64,000 bases of DNA from Chlamydiota bacterium (GTDB taxonomy: Bacteria > Chlamydiota > Chlamydiia > Chlamydiales > RGXB01), in contig CANLTW010000007.1 of assembly GCA_947494155.1 (NCBI GenBank), positions 1-64,000 on the forward strand. Reading direction: 5' to 3'. Under the pieces are notes generated by a model that made no database searches, had not been told where the DNA came from, and was given only the letters and a program-made list of their open reading frames with translations. Shown here in pieces: positions 17,940-28,306 of this stretch. A program made the position numbers and the translations under genes. The first letter of the stretch is position 1, and each line of letters starts with the position of its first letter.

Positions 17940-18498
17940 ATTTAAAAAATTGCTCTAAAGATTGCAGATGGTATTACTGGTGCTGGAAGAGTCACATTCC
18001 CCCCCCCTTTTTTTTTCTACTTTCTTCTTGGGTTCTTTTTTGCTTACGTCGTTAACAGTCTTTTTTTTCATAAATATCCACTGGTTTTCTATCGCTTTTA
18101 ATTACTACTAGTCAATTAAATCATCTATTAATATTTTTAATAATTAAGGATTGGTAAGTTCGATTCTTGTTAGAATTTAGAAGAACAGGATCCGTTTATA
18201 GGATTATAAAAGCTTTAAGCAAATAAACTTTGGGTCTGCTTCACCTTTTTTTGCTAGTTTCCTGTTGAAAGCTTTAATGGAATACTCTTGAGCTTTATTA
18301 GCCTATTGTTTTGCAACTTAATATCCTGGTTGACTACCTAGCATAAAGAATACTGTTTAGTTGTAATAAAAAGACCTGAGATTATTAGCTAAATTTGAAG
18401 GGTTTTTTGTTTTCTTGTGCTTGATCCGAATAGGGGGGAGCTTCGGATAGTAGAGGGGCTTTTTTTAGATCAATAACAGGTTTTTTAAGAAAATCTTT

Positions 18499-19827
18499 TT
18501 AGCCTAAGGAGACAATTTTTCGTTGTATTTGCCCCATGTGAAACATAAGATCCTGACTTTGCTTCTCTAGACCTTTAGTAATCTGGCGGATACTTGACAT
18601 CACTGTGGAGTGGTCCTTATCAAAGTATTTTCCGATCTTCAGGTAGGGCATTTTTAGTAGAGAACGGAGAAGATACATCGAGATTTGGCGTGGAAGAACC
18701 GATTCCCTTGCCTGAGATTTATTTAAAAGATCATCGGGTTGAATCCCAAACGATTGTGAAACAATATCGAGAATTTTCTCTGCGTTTAAAACCTCTTTTG
18801 TCTCTTGGACAATCAGCTGATCGATAATTTTTTTAATATCCTGCTTGGATTTTTTTTGGTTATGGGCCAAAGAGAGCGATTGGACGACTTTTTCTATCGA
18901 TTTAGGGGTTTTCATCTCCAAGATGACTTTGTCTATGAACTCTGAGTCGAGTTGCAATTTGAAACGTTGCATTTTAAGCTTGAGGACCTGGTAAAGCTCC
19001 TCTTGCGTCTGGAGCCGCTCCACAGACAAGACAATTCCCCACTCAAATCGGCTGATTAATCGCTCTTCAATCTCCTCAAGTAATTGAGGGGGAGAGCTTG
19101 AGGCTAAAATAATTTGCTTCTCATGGATATGTAAATGGTTGAAGGTGTGGAAAAGCTCCTCCTGGGTAGCAAAACGTTTAGAAAAAAGGTGCACGTCATC
19201 GATAATTAAGGTATCGATTTTTCTGTAGCAATTTCGGAAATCCTCCATGCGAGAGGAGCGAATTGCACCTACAACATGTTGGGTGAAGGTCTCTGCTGAG
19301 ATATAAAGAACATTTTTTCCCAACCCCTCAAGAAGCTTTTTCGCCCCTTGTAATAGGTGGGTTTTTCCCGATCCGGTTGGCCCATAAAGATAGATTGGAT
19401 TTAAGAATTCGAATGTTTGTAAAAGAGCGCTTTTGAAAAGCTTAACCGTCATGTCTGTGTTCGAATTCGTGGCAAACGTTTCAAATGTATGGTCGGGGTC
19501 TACTGTGTCGGAGATAAAAGAGAGAATTTTCTGATTGGTCTCATGGGGCGATTTTTTTGTGTCCTCAGAGTGCGAGGGGCTCTGAGTTTGCCCAATTTTG
19601 ATGTGAACCTGAATCTTTCTTCCGTTATTGTTGAGAAGGCTTTTATCGATTTTAGATTCTATGTGCTCTTTAAACCAGTTGATTTGCAGGGCATCATCCG
19701 CCTCTAGATGGAGGTTGCAAGAATTGAAATTGACAATTTTAAGGGGGCGCAACCACCTATCAACCACCTCTCTGGAGAGGTGTTTTTCTTGTTCTAAGAG
19801 GAATTCTTCCCAAATACGCGGTATCAT
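18499..19827 (-). CDS. dnaA: Chromosomal replication initiator (CT250-type paralog)
   Basis: NPIYLYGPTGSGKTHLL, TQEELFHTFN, RLISRFEWG, KDHSTV. Confidence 0.96.
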   Translation of the reverse strand: MIPRIWEEFLLEQEKHLSREVVDRWLRPLKIVNFNSCNLHLEADDALQINWFKEHIESKIDKSLLNNNGRKIQVHIKIGQTQSPSHSEDTKKSPHETNQKILSFISDTVDPDHTFETFATNSNTDMTVKLFKSALLQTFEFLNPIYLYGPTGSGKTHLLQGAKKLLEGLGKNVLYISAETFTQHVVGAIRSSRMEDFRNCYRKIDTLIIDDVHLFSKRFATQEELFHTFNHLHIHEKQIILASSSPPQLLEEIEERLISRFEWGIVLSVERLQTQEELYQVLKLKMQRFKLQLDSEFIDKVILEMKTPKSIEKVVQSLSLAHNQKKSKQDIKKIIDQLIVQETKEVLNAEKILDIVSQSFGIQPDDLLNKSQARESVLPRQISMYLLRSLLKMPYLKIGKYFDKDHSTVMSSIRQITKGLEKQSQDLMFHMGQIQRKIVSLG

Positions 19828-21650
19828 TTCTTTAGGATTTGTATCTTAGGTTTTTGTGAAATTTTCATCATCAAAAATTGTTGTGCTACCCCTAGGAACG
19901 TGGAAAAAGCAAAATAGATATTTAGTCCTGCAGCTAGGTTATAGAAAAATAGCGTTAGTATAACAGGCATTAGCATTTGCATGGTTGCTGCTTGTCGTTG
20001 ACTCTCCTCTGTTGATGCAGTCATTGCCGGTGAGGATAGTTTAGTCTGCACAAACATGATAAGGCCCGTGATGATTGGAAGTAGATGGAACTCATTTCCA
20101 ATGAAGGGGAGTGGATAACCCCAGCTAAAAAGGATATCGGGAGCGGCAAGGTTCGGGATCCATGAGGGGATCAAAAACGGGACACCTCTTAATTCAAAGT
20201 TGGTCTTCAATAGATCAAAGATACCGATCAAAAAAGGGATCTGTATCAGGTTGGGTAAACATCCCATAAGAGGATTGATCTTTTTTTCAGAATAAAGCTT
20301 CATGATTTCAGCACGAAGTTTCGTTGGATCTTTTTTATAGCGTGCCTCAAGCGCCTTGACTTCAGGCTGGATTTGGGCCTGAGCTTGCATCGCTTTTGTG
20401 GAGTAGTTATTCAGAGGCGAGGTCAATAGTCTTAAAACAAGGGTAAAGGCCATGATAGAAACACCCCAGGAATTTGTAAATGCATAGCATATTTTCATGA
20501 TGAAAAACATGAGACGTACAAATGGGGCAGAGATAAAGCTAAACCAGCCTTGCACCGCTTGAGCCTGTGCAAATTGGGGGTTTTGGGTGTAGTTTTCTTG
20601 AGCCATAGTAAGCATTTTTTCCTCGTAGGGGCCGGCATAAAAACGGAATGTGAAGCTGCCATTTTGCGGAATAATTTGCTTACAGACTTGGTAGGCAGGA
20701 TAGGACTTTACCGGATAAAGGTCATATTTTTGGTCAATAAGGTGGAGTCTAGTAGGGCAATTTTCCCCCTCAATTTTACGCGCGATGAATCCTGGTTGGG
20801 CGGTGGTATTGTCTGGGCTTAGAATTGTACCGAAAAACCCATTCGAACTGGAAATCCAAAGAGAGTTTTGTGAGGGGTAGTCTCCCACATCCTTAGACGG
20901 GAGGTCTGTTTTCTCCAGGTAGGTTTTTTCCCCTCTCACCTGCAGGGTCTGAATCTTAGGGTCATAAGAGCCTGAAATAAGCTCGACTTCGCCAATCCCG
21001 TTGCTCAAATAAAGCGCTTTTGTATTGGCGTTTTTCAAACTTACAGTCATTTCAAAGCCATAGGGTGAAACGAGCTGATAGTTTTTAACAACTTTTTGGC
21101 CGTTGATTGTTCCACTAAACTCAATCGAATCGGCTGTAAGCTTGGTCATCTGGAAAGTTTCCCCCTCATATTCCCCCTCCTGGTTAAGGAGCTGCCCCAT
21201 GTAGAATTTAGGGGCTATTAGGTAGCTAAATCCCGAAGTTTTGTTCTTGACAGAGCGTCTTAAAAGGGGAGTATAGCCCCCATTTTGGGGAGTATAGGGC
21301 TCAATCGTCTCGCTTTTTTTGTCAAAAAAGGTTGCAGGCATCAAAGGGTAAAGGGCATTTTGTGGCGATTCTTTTTCAATTTCGCGGTCAAACTCGATGG
21401 GTCGCACAATACTTAGCGTGTCCTTACCTGTCTGAAAAGGGAGATTGATCTCTTTGATGGCTCCACCAAAATTGGAGAAAACAATCTGCTGTGTTGCATT
21501 TTCGAGAACATAAAATCTTTCGGCAGGGTTTTGCTGCAAAGACACAGGCTCCACCACTTGTGGCTCGACTATGGGGGGCAAAATCCAAACATTCACAAAG
21601 AAAAGGGCGATCGACAGAGCCAAAATAAAAATAAATGATCTTTTATCCAT
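19824..21650 (-). CDS. yidC: Membrane protein insertase
   Basis: FSNFGGAI, FYAGP, SWGVSI, INPLMGCLP, WIPNLAAPD, AGLNIY. Confidence 0.95.
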   Translation of the reverse strand: MDKRSFIFILALSIALFFVNVWILPPIVEPQVVEPVSLQQNPAERFYVLENATQQIVFSNFGGAIKEINLPFQTGKDTLSIVRPIEFDREIEKESPQNALYPLMPATFFDKKSETIEPYTPQNGGYTPLLRRSVKNKTSGFSYLIAPKFYMGQLLNQEGEYEGETFQMTKLTADSIEFSGTINGQKVVKNYQLVSPYGFEMTVSLKNANTKALYLSNGIGEVELISGSYDPKIQTLQVRGEKTYLEKTDLPSKDVGDYPSQNSLWISSSNGFFGTILSPDNTTAQPGFIARKIEGENCPTRLHLIDQKYDLYPVKSYPAYQVCKQIIPQNGSFTFRFYAGPYEEKMLTMAQENYTQNPQFAQAQAVQGWFSFISAPFVRLMFFIMKICYAFTNSWGVSIMAFTLVLRLLTSPLNNYSTKAMQAQAQIQPEVKALEARYKKDPTKLRAEIMKLYSEKKINPLMGCLPNLIQIPFLIGIFDLLKTNFELRGVPFLIPSWIPNLAAPDILFSWGYPLPFIGNEFHLLPIITGLIMFVQTKLSSPAMTASTEESQRQAATMQMLMPVILTLFFYNLAAGLNIYFAFSTFLGVAQQFLMMKISQKPKIQILKK

Positions 21651-21803
21651 GGAGTTTGAACCTTATTTTTTCAAAAATAGTACCAATTTTCGATTAACCT
21701 GTATAGAAAGAAACTGCTTGAAAAAAGGGAAATAAAACAGACGAAGGGGAATGAAAGAGAAATAGACTGGTTTTCTTTCTTTTTTGTTTTAGATAAAGGA
21801 AGA

Positions 21804-21828
21804 AGGGCCCCTTACGGAGCCCCTTTTT
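21804..21828. terminator. GC hairpin downstream of the TPR gene
   Basis: GGGCTCC-GTAA-GGGGCCC on the minus strand; T5 run on the plus side. Confidence 0.6.
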
Positions 21829-21840
21829 AAGGAGAATATT

Positions 21841-23505
21841 TTAAGATTCTGCGCTATGATTGTTCCATAAAGTAAGCAGGTGATGGAACTCATCTGTTTT
21901 TCTTAAATTTTCGAGCCAGGTATCCTCAAGAAGCTCTTGCATCGGTGGTAAAGCGCCGATAGCTCGTGCTTTTTTCATCCACTCAAGAGCTAGATTTTTT
22001 TGGTTACGCAAAGAGTAGAAGCATGCAATTTGGTAGTAGGCTTGGTTATTACCCTGTTTGGCGCTACCTAGAAGCTTCTCCTCCGCCTCACGCATAATCC
22101 CCTCGGAGCGCTCCATATCTTGCACGCAATCGTTATAGTGGATCAAGGCTAAGGCCCAATCCAGCAGAACGAATTCATGATCAGGATTATTTCTGTAAGC
22201 TAATCTAAAATGGCAAAATGCGCGCATAAAGTGCTGTGCATCGTTCGTAATACAGGCCAGATGGGAAATAGTTAAACCGAGTCGATGATGTACGTCAGGG
22301 ATATTTGGATCAAGAATAAGCACCCGGTTGAATTGGTCTACAGCATGAATAAGAAGGGATTCATCATCTTTTGCTTCTCCCATTGCATCAAGAAGAAGTC
22401 CATATTCAAAAATCCAATCAGCCGGAAGAAACGGAGAGCTTTTTTCTATAGAAAAAGCGGTTTCAAACCAGACTTTGGATTGTTCAAGATGCTCAATTGC
22501 CCGATCAACTTCATAAAGTCGTGCGTTTGCGATAGCAAGTTGCACGAACGTCTCGGCATTCGGATCATGTTGGATCGATTTTTGGAAGAACTTGATCGAT
22601 AACCTTAAAAATCGATCATGCTCGACCGCTTCAAACAATAGAAAAAAGGCGATTCCCAGGTAGTGCCAACCTAGAGAAAAACTCCTGTCAATAGAGGTTG
22701 AGCGTTGGAAATAATAGATGGCATTCTGGATCTCTTCTAAATCTGAGGAGTAGATGCCGTAACATAATAAGGTGATGCCTTTCGCATAAAGCTCTACCGG
22801 CAGATGCTCAGAGAGGAGTTGACTTTTGTAGATAGACTCGGAAATACGGTCTGCATCTTCATGAAACAGGGCATGGAAGGCGCTACACACAATACTGAGC
22901 GCTTTTGCCTTTTGATTTTTGGGGTCTATAAGAACAATTTTTTCATATTGCTCTTGAGCCAAAAGGAGAAATTTAGGCTCTTTGTTCCTTCTGCCATACT
23001 CTTGGTATAAATCCGCTCTTACGAATTGCAATTCCGTATCTTGCGGGGATTGCTGAATAAAGCGACTCGTTTTCTCTAAACAGAGTTGAAAAGACTCCTC
23101 ATCGCGCACTCTGAGGTATTTTTCTAGAAGAGTTTCGGCTATGATATGCGGATTTAAGGAGTTCTTAGCGCTATATACAGCCTTTTCGAGACTCTCTATC
23201 GACCTGGTTTTTTCGTAAACTAAACGGTACACGCTGGATAGTTTCAACCAGTCCTCTTTATTAAGAGGGTATTGCTCTTGCAAAAGCTTATCATAAAAAC
23301 GTATTGAAGTCAGAGCATCAGTAATTTCTGATGAGTATAATGAGGTCAGGGCATAAGCAGAGGCCAGTAGTGAGGTATGTGCGAGCTCTTCTTCCTGTTT
23401 GGGGGCATAATTTTTGAGGACGGATAGGGCTTTTTCGATCAGCTTACCAGGTTTACCCCTGGATATGGCTTGAAAAAGTTGACCTGTTTTCCTGAACGGA
23501 GTCAT
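21841..23505 (-). CDS. TPR-repeat protein
   Basis: Repeated TPR-like helices; C-terminal YYQIACFYSL..ALEW..KA..LENLR TPR end-of-group-like motif; GGAGGTG RBS. Confidence 0.85.
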   Translation of the reverse strand: MTPFRKTGQLFQAISRGKPGKLIEKALSVLKNYAPKQEEELAHTSLLASAYALTSLYSSEITDALTSIRFYDKLLQEQYPLNKEDWLKLSSVYRLVYEKTRSIESLEKAVYSAKNSLNPHIIAETLLEKYLRVRDEESFQLCLEKTSRFIQQSPQDTELQFVRADLYQEYGRRNKEPKFLLLAQEQYEKIVLIDPKNQKAKALSIVCSAFHALFHEDADRISESIYKSQLLSEHLPVELYAKGITLLCYGIYSSDLEEIQNAIYYFQRSTSIDRSFSLGWHYLGIAFFLLFEAVEHDRFLRLSIKFFQKSIQHDPNAETFVQLAIANARLYEVDRAIEHLEQSKVWFETAFSIEKSSPFLPADWIFEYGLLLDAMGEAKDDESLLIHAVDQFNRVLILDPNIPDVHHRLGLTISHLACITNDAQHFMRAFCHFRLAYRNNPDHEFVLLDWALALIHYNDCVQDMERSEGIMREAEEKLLGSAKQGNNQAYYQIACFYSLRNQKNLALEWMKKARAIGALPPMQELLEDTWLENLRKTDEFHHLLTLWNNHSAES

Positions 23506-23531
23506 AGTTCACCTCCGGGGCTTTTGAGCTC

Positions 23532-23560
23532 AGTATAGGCATGGAGTGGGGTCTTGTCAA
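23532..23560 (-). promoter_or_regulatory. Near-consensus sigma66 promoter of the TPR gene
   Basis: TTGACA-N17-TATACT. Confidence 0.85.
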
Positions 23561-23766
23561 TTTTGTTTGTGGGATTTTTTTTTCGTGAAATTTTGCTCGG
23601 AAAAAAAATAAAATTTGATTATGTTATCTGCTTTTCAGAACGCTCAAAAGCGTTTTGGAAAAAATGTATAGCTTCAATATAATCATAAAACTAGGTCAAA
23701 TAAATAAATTGTTTTAGTTTTATTTATGCTCTTTTTGGGCTGGTTTGCTATTTATAAGGGGAATTT

Positions 23767-24135
23767 ATGTGGAAAAAACATCGTCATGAGGGGGCCATTT
23801 ATATCCGCGATACCGATGTCAGTGGACGCGTTTTTTGCCCTCGCCCAATCGAGTGGGTGATTGAAGCTTTTGAAAAGGTTTGTCTCGAGCAGGCAAAAGA
23901 GGATAAAGATTCTAGAGATTTGGTGGTTGTGAAGGCGGGTGTGCATTTTTACTCCCCTTTATCGTGGCTGGACCCTTACATTCTAGAACTTTCTATTATT
24001 AGGGTTTCAAACCGCTCATTTGACCTCAAGGGGGAGATTTTCCATGAGGGGAAAGTCACGGTCCAGGTGGAGATCACCTTCGTTGTATCGATTTCAAGTG
24101 CCGACTATTTAACTCGCTATTGGCAAAAAGCTTAG
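23767..24135 (+). CDS. 4HBT-family acyl-CoA thioesterase, probable DHNA-CoA thioesterase
   Basis: IYIRDTDVSGRVF hot-dog motif; convergent on the men operon, which has no other thioesterase. Confidence 0.7.
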   Translation: MWKKHRHEGAIYIRDTDVSGRVFCPRPIEWVIEAFEKVCLEQAKEDKDSRDLVVVKAGVHFYSPLSWLDPYILELSIIRVSNRSFDLKGEIFHEGKVTVQVEITFVVSISSADYLTRYWQKA

Positions 24136-24143
24136 GTAAATCT

Positions 24144-25973
24144 CTAGAAGTTCTGGACGTTTGTCAAAAGTTGCAAAAGATACCCCTCTGAGGGCTTAGA
24201 GGGATAATTTTTTGGGAGCTCTACCCAGTTTTTGGGGATTTGATGGGGTAAAAGAACCTCTTTCAGGAAAAGACGAATTTTTTCTACCTCAAGTTTTTCC
24301 TCAAAGTCGTAAGCGATACATAAAGCCTCACCCCAAACCGGATCCTCTTTGCCAAAAAGAAAAAAACATCCTCTTTTAAAGTGTTGAGATAAGAGCTCCT
24401 CAAGCGCATCAAGATGAATTTTTTCTCCACCCGAGTTGATGACCCTATCGTATCGTCCCGTTATTGCATAGACACCATCTTTGTAATCCAGCAAGTCATT
24501 TGTCGAATAAAAACCCTCTTCATCTGGATTAATCGAGGAGGATACCCCTTTTTTTTGGATCGCTAGGCACCCTTTTTTGTCTTTTTTTACGATTCCGCTG
24601 CCGACAGGACTTCCGTTAATTAAGCAGGTACCAAGTTCTGTTGAGGAGTAAATCAGTAAAGGATGTACCTGAAAGCCCTTTATAGCCTCCAAAAGAGCTT
24701 CAGAGCATTTGGCTCCGCCAATCAGAAGGTTTTTTGCTTTAAAGGGTTTATGCAGATTTATATTCTTTTGAACTTGTGTGGGTACTACGCTTTCAAAACA
24801 GGCTTCAGCATCCCCATCCAAAACAAATACCCCGCCACTCATTAAAGGGCGAAGAAATGCTGTAAGTCCGCCCATGCGGCTTAAATCTAGACTAGTTTTG
24901 AAACTGTTTCCTCTAAAAAGGGGATATGTGTTGTATTGCTCCTCGATATTTAAAGAGAGCTGCTCCCAGCTCCAACATACAGTTTTTGGAGACCCGGTTG
25001 TTCCGGAGCTTTTTAAAAGAATTTTGGTGTTGAGAGGAATCGTTTCAAAAGGGATAGGATGAAGTACGCAAGAAAGGGGGAAATCTATCGTCTGCCCTGT
25101 ACGCAAAAGCCAAAAAAATTTCACAATAAATTCGATTCTAGAATCCAAAGCAAAATAAAAATCCCTGTTGTTTATTTCTCCCTTAATTAAACTATTAAGT
25201 TCTTGGTAAGAGATCTCTTTTGTTTTTGTGCGTAGGGCTATGTTTTCCCCAAAAGCTGAGGCTATAGGGCAGGCTACTATTTTTTCTTTAAATCTTTCAA
25301 CATCGATACCTAGCGGTTCATTAAAAAGGCCAAGATGGGTTGCAAGCTTGATGATGGGGACAAAATCCTCTAAGGTGCTACTCAAGACGATCCTTTTTTT
25401 TAAAAAAAGGGCGAGATCCACAATAGGTCTATAGAAAACCCTGTAAGGTTTGACTACAGCTGCAATGACTTGGGGATAATGGAGTCTTTTTTCCCAACCG
25501 GCATCTAGAAAACTTTCGTCTAAGGCAAGAGGGATACCCAAATCCAGGACATCCTCAATGTTTTTTGTCGGCTCTTCAAAGAAATCGAGTCTCTCAAGGG
25601 GAATCAGTTGAGCGATGATTTGCACCTGATCCCGATTTAAAGTCCGGTTGGCATCAACACGAATTTTCGCGTGTGTTTGATCTAGAACTAACCCGATAAG
25701 CTCAAGCCCCTCAAAAAAATCGAGATGGGTAATTTTTATTTTTACTGTTGTGGCACAACGGGCTCTTTCAATATCCCTTTTGTCGGCAATAAAAAAGGCT
25801 GTTGGTAGGGGAGCTGTTGGTTGGTGGGCTGTTTTTTCTAAATGGGCCATTTCAAGGGGAAAATGGACTTGGGGAATATAGGGAAGGTCTATGGTTTTGC
25901 CTTGATAATTCAGGTGAAGAATCGATTTCTCCCCCGTAAAAGGGAGTCTAAGGCGATAGTGTCCTATTTCCAT
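24144..25973 (-). CDS. menC-menE: o-succinylbenzoate synthase / OSB-CoA ligase fusion (MenC-MenE)
   Basis: N-half: KIK, RVDANR, FFEEP, LALDES, VVKP (enolase superfamily). C-half: SSGTTGSPK, YSSTE, ITGRYDRVINSGGEKI, PHQIPK (ANL family). Confidence 0.85.
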   Translation of the reverse strand: MEIGHYRLRLPFTGEKSILHLNYQGKTIDLPYIPQVHFPLEMAHLEKTAHQPTAPLPTAFFIADKRDIERARCATTVKIKITHLDFFEGLELIGLVLDQTHAKIRVDANRTLNRDQVQIIAQLIPLERLDFFEEPTKNIEDVLDLGIPLALDESFLDAGWEKRLHYPQVIAAVVKPYRVFYRPIVDLALFLKKRIVLSSTLEDFVPIIKLATHLGLFNEPLGIDVERFKEKIVACPIASAFGENIALRTKTKEISYQELNSLIKGEINNRDFYFALDSRIEFIVKFFWLLRTGQTIDFPLSCVLHPIPFETIPLNTKILLKSSGTTGSPKTVCWSWEQLSLNIEEQYNTYPLFRGNSFKTSLDLSRMGGLTAFLRPLMSGGVFVLDGDAEACFESVVPTQVQKNINLHKPFKAKNLLIGGAKCSEALLEAIKGFQVHPLLIYSSTELGTCLINGSPVGSGIVKKDKKGCLAIQKKGVSSSINPDEEGFYSTNDLLDYKDGVYAITGRYDRVINSGGEKIHLDALEELLSQHFKRGCFFLFGKEDPVWGEALCIAYDFEEKLEVEKIRLFLKEVLLPHQIPKNWVELPKNYPSKPSEGYLLQLLTNVQNF

Positions 25974-26791
25974 AAAAAAAACGCGTGCAAAATGTATAGA
26001 AAGGTGAATAGTATATATGCGGCCCCAATTTTTCCAAGAAGAGCGCCTGTCTCTTCACCATTCCATAATTTTTTTAGAATATCAAACAAGAGAGGGATAA
26101 GGAAAATATTGAGAGGAGAGGGGGTGATAATGAATGGGGCTAACAGTGCTAAGGTGATCTCCATTTTCCCAAAACGCTCCCCAAACCTTACAACAAGGGT
26201 GTTTTTTTGAGTCATCCGATCCTCTTCCACATCCCGCAAGTTATTCAAAGCTAAAAGTGCCACGGAGAAAAATCCTGGAGAAAGTCCTGCAAGAAGGGGA
26301 TAGAAAGAGAACTCCAGATTCTGCAGATAGGTGGTAAAAAATACCGCTATTGAGCCAAGAAAGAAAAGAACGATCGGTTCGCTAAGCCCTTTGTAGGCAT
26401 AATTAACTGGACCTTTAGTATAAAAAACACCTAAAACAACCGCCAGAGCATACATTACCAGGATGATTGGCCCGCCCCTAAAGATCAGAAAAAGGCTTAA
26501 AAGAAATCCCACAAAGAATGTGGATGCCATCATCCAAAAAAGGGAGGTTTTACTGACAAGTCCCGATTGTCCCAAACGGACGGGCCCTTTTCGTAAAAGG
26601 GTATCCCTACCCTGGATACAATCGTAATAGTCGTTTGCTAAGTTAGTGCCCATCTGAATAAAGAGGGCACAAAATAGGGTGATGAAAAAGACGACAATAT
26701 TAGGTTTTTGAGACAACAGCGTCCCGATGATCACAGGACTGATCGATGCTATCCAAGTCTTGGGGCGAGTCCCTTGTATCCAAATGCGCAT
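25964..26791 (-). CDS. menA: DHNA polyprenyltransferase
   Basis: [36 protein letters not shown]. Confidence 0.95.
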   Translation of the reverse strand: MRIWIQGTRPKTWIASISPVIIGTLLSQKPNIVVFFITLFCALFIQMGTNLANDYYDCIQGRDTLLRKGPVRLGQSGLVSKTSLFWMMASTFFVGFLLSLFLIFRGGPIILVMYALAVVLGVFYTKGPVNYAYKGLSEPIVLFFLGSIAVFFTTYLQNLEFSFYPLLAGLSPGFFSVALLALNNLRDVEEDRMTQKNTLVVRFGERFGKMEITLALLAPFIITPSPLNIFLIPLLFDILKKLWNGEETGALLGKIGAAYILFTFLYILHAFFLWK

Positions 26792-27581
26792 GTTTTCCTC
26801 TAAAACGTTGAAAATCTGGGGAGCGTTTTTCTAAAAAAGCCTGCTTACCCTCTTTTGCCTCATCGGTCTTGTAATACAGCATGGTGGCAAGACCGGCTAA
26901 TTCTTGAATCCCAGCTTGCCCATCAATATCGGCATTAAACGAGGCTTTCAAGCAGCTAAGGGCAATCGGGGAGTGGGATAAGAGTGTATTACACCACTCT
27001 ATTGTTGTAGATAGAAGCTTTTCGTAGGGGACGACAAGATTAACCAGTCCCATCGCTTGAGCCTCTGGAGCAGAATATTGTTTGCACATGAACCAGATTT
27101 CACGCGCTTTTTTTTGCCCGACAATATGCGCAAGATAGCTCGCTCCAAATCCCCCGTCAAAAGAGCCGACTTTAGGACCCACTTGTCCGAAAATAGAGTT
27201 GTCTGCAGCTATTGTCATATCACACAGCACATGCAACACATGCCCCCCACCAATCGCATACCCAGAGACCATCGCAATTGTGGGTTTGGGGCAGGAGCGT
27301 AATTTTTTTTGGAAAGTCAAAACATTCAAACTCTCCCGACCTTGTTGATCCCGATAACCCTCGTCTCCACGCACGCTTTGGTCACCTCCGGAACAAAAGG
27401 CCTCTTTTCCCCGACCGCTTAATACAACTACACCGACAGCAGGGTCTTCGATTGCATCATCTAAGGCTTGAATCATTTCTTTCACTGTTTTAGGCCTAAA
27501 TGCGTTTCTTTTATGCTCTCGATTGATAGTAATCCAGGCAATTTGATTCTCTTTATAATAAAGGATATCTTCAAAATTCAT
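26700..27581 (-). CDS. menB: 1,4-dihydroxy-2-naphthoyl-CoA synthase
   Basis: [33 protein letters not shown]-terminal extension runs into menA. Confidence 0.97.
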   Translation of the reverse strand: MNFEDILYYKENQIAWITINREHKRNAFRPKTVKEMIQALDDAIEDPAVGVVVLSGRGKEAFCSGGDQSVRGDEGYRDQQGRESLNVLTFQKKLRSCPKPTIAMVSGYAIGGGHVLHVLCDMTIAADNSIFGQVGPKVGSFDGGFGASYLAHIVGQKKAREIWFMCKQYSAPEAQAMGLVNLVVPYEKLLSTTIEWCNTLLSHSPIALSCLKASFNADIDGQAGIQELAGLATMLYYKTDEAKEGKQAFLEKRSPDFQRFRGKHAHLDTRDSPQDLDSIDQSCDHRDAVVSKT

Positions 27582-28306
27582 TCTAATACCTTTTTAAGTA
27601 AACGAGCTAAATGACACGGTTGTTCTAAGTGCACAAGGTGTCCACTCTCATCGAGGTTATGCAGAAATATAGGCTGAAGAGACTCTTTAAAGCAATATTG
27701 CATTTCTAAAAAAAGGGGGTCTTTTTTTCCATAGATCAGATGAATAGGTTGAACAAAAGGTGCGTAAAACGGTTTTTGATTTAAAATACTCAAATTTTGA
27801 AACTGCTCCAGAAGTGCAGATGTCCCCAAGGCAATTTTTGCCTCGATAGATTTTTTAGAGGGGACGAATCCCCCAAAAAGGGGTAGAGAATACCACCATT
27901 CAAAAAACCTATCAAGAGATAGTGTGGAGAGCTTTTCTACAACTTTTTTCTCGAATTCCCATCTTGATAGGGCGTCAAAAGACTCAAGTTTGACTCGAGA
28001 GGACAAACAGATGACTTTCTGAAAAAGTTGAGGGGTAGTTCTTGCAAGTTCTAAAGCGATCCTTCCACCCATCGAGTATCCGATCACCGGTATAGCCCCT
28101 AGAGAAAAGGTCTCTAGGAAATGGAAAATTTTCTCTTGAACCCTCTTTATATCCCCTTGCGGTAATAGAACGCAAATTGGGCTGCACCACGACTTCATCT
28201 CTTGAATTAGAGGGTCAAAATCAAGTGTTGTAGAGGCAAACCCACCTAAAATAAGGACAGGGTTTCTTATGGATACATGAGCTGGTTTTGTTCGTGGAGA
28301 TTCCAT
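27578..28306 (-). CDS. menH: SHCHC synthase (alpha/beta hydrolase); start uncertain
   Basis: [32 protein letters not shown]; position in the operon. Confidence 0.85.
   Translation of the reverse strand: MESPRTKPAHVSIRNPVLILGGFASTTLDFDPLIQEMKSWCSPICVLLPQGDIKRVQEKIFHFLETFSLGAIPVIGYSMGGRIALELARTTPQLFQKVICLSSRVKLESFDALSRWEFEKKVVEKLSTLSLDRFFEWWYSLPLFGGFVPSKKSIEAKIALGTSALLEQFQNLSILNQKPFYAPFVQPIHLIYGKKDPLFLEMQYCFKESLQPIFLHNLDESGHLVHLEQPCHLARLLKKVLE

Noticed and set aside
17940..18498. oriC next to dnaA
   Set aside because: No cluster of TTATCCACA-like boxes seen; chlamydial origins are not known to adjoin this dnaA; GC skew was not computed
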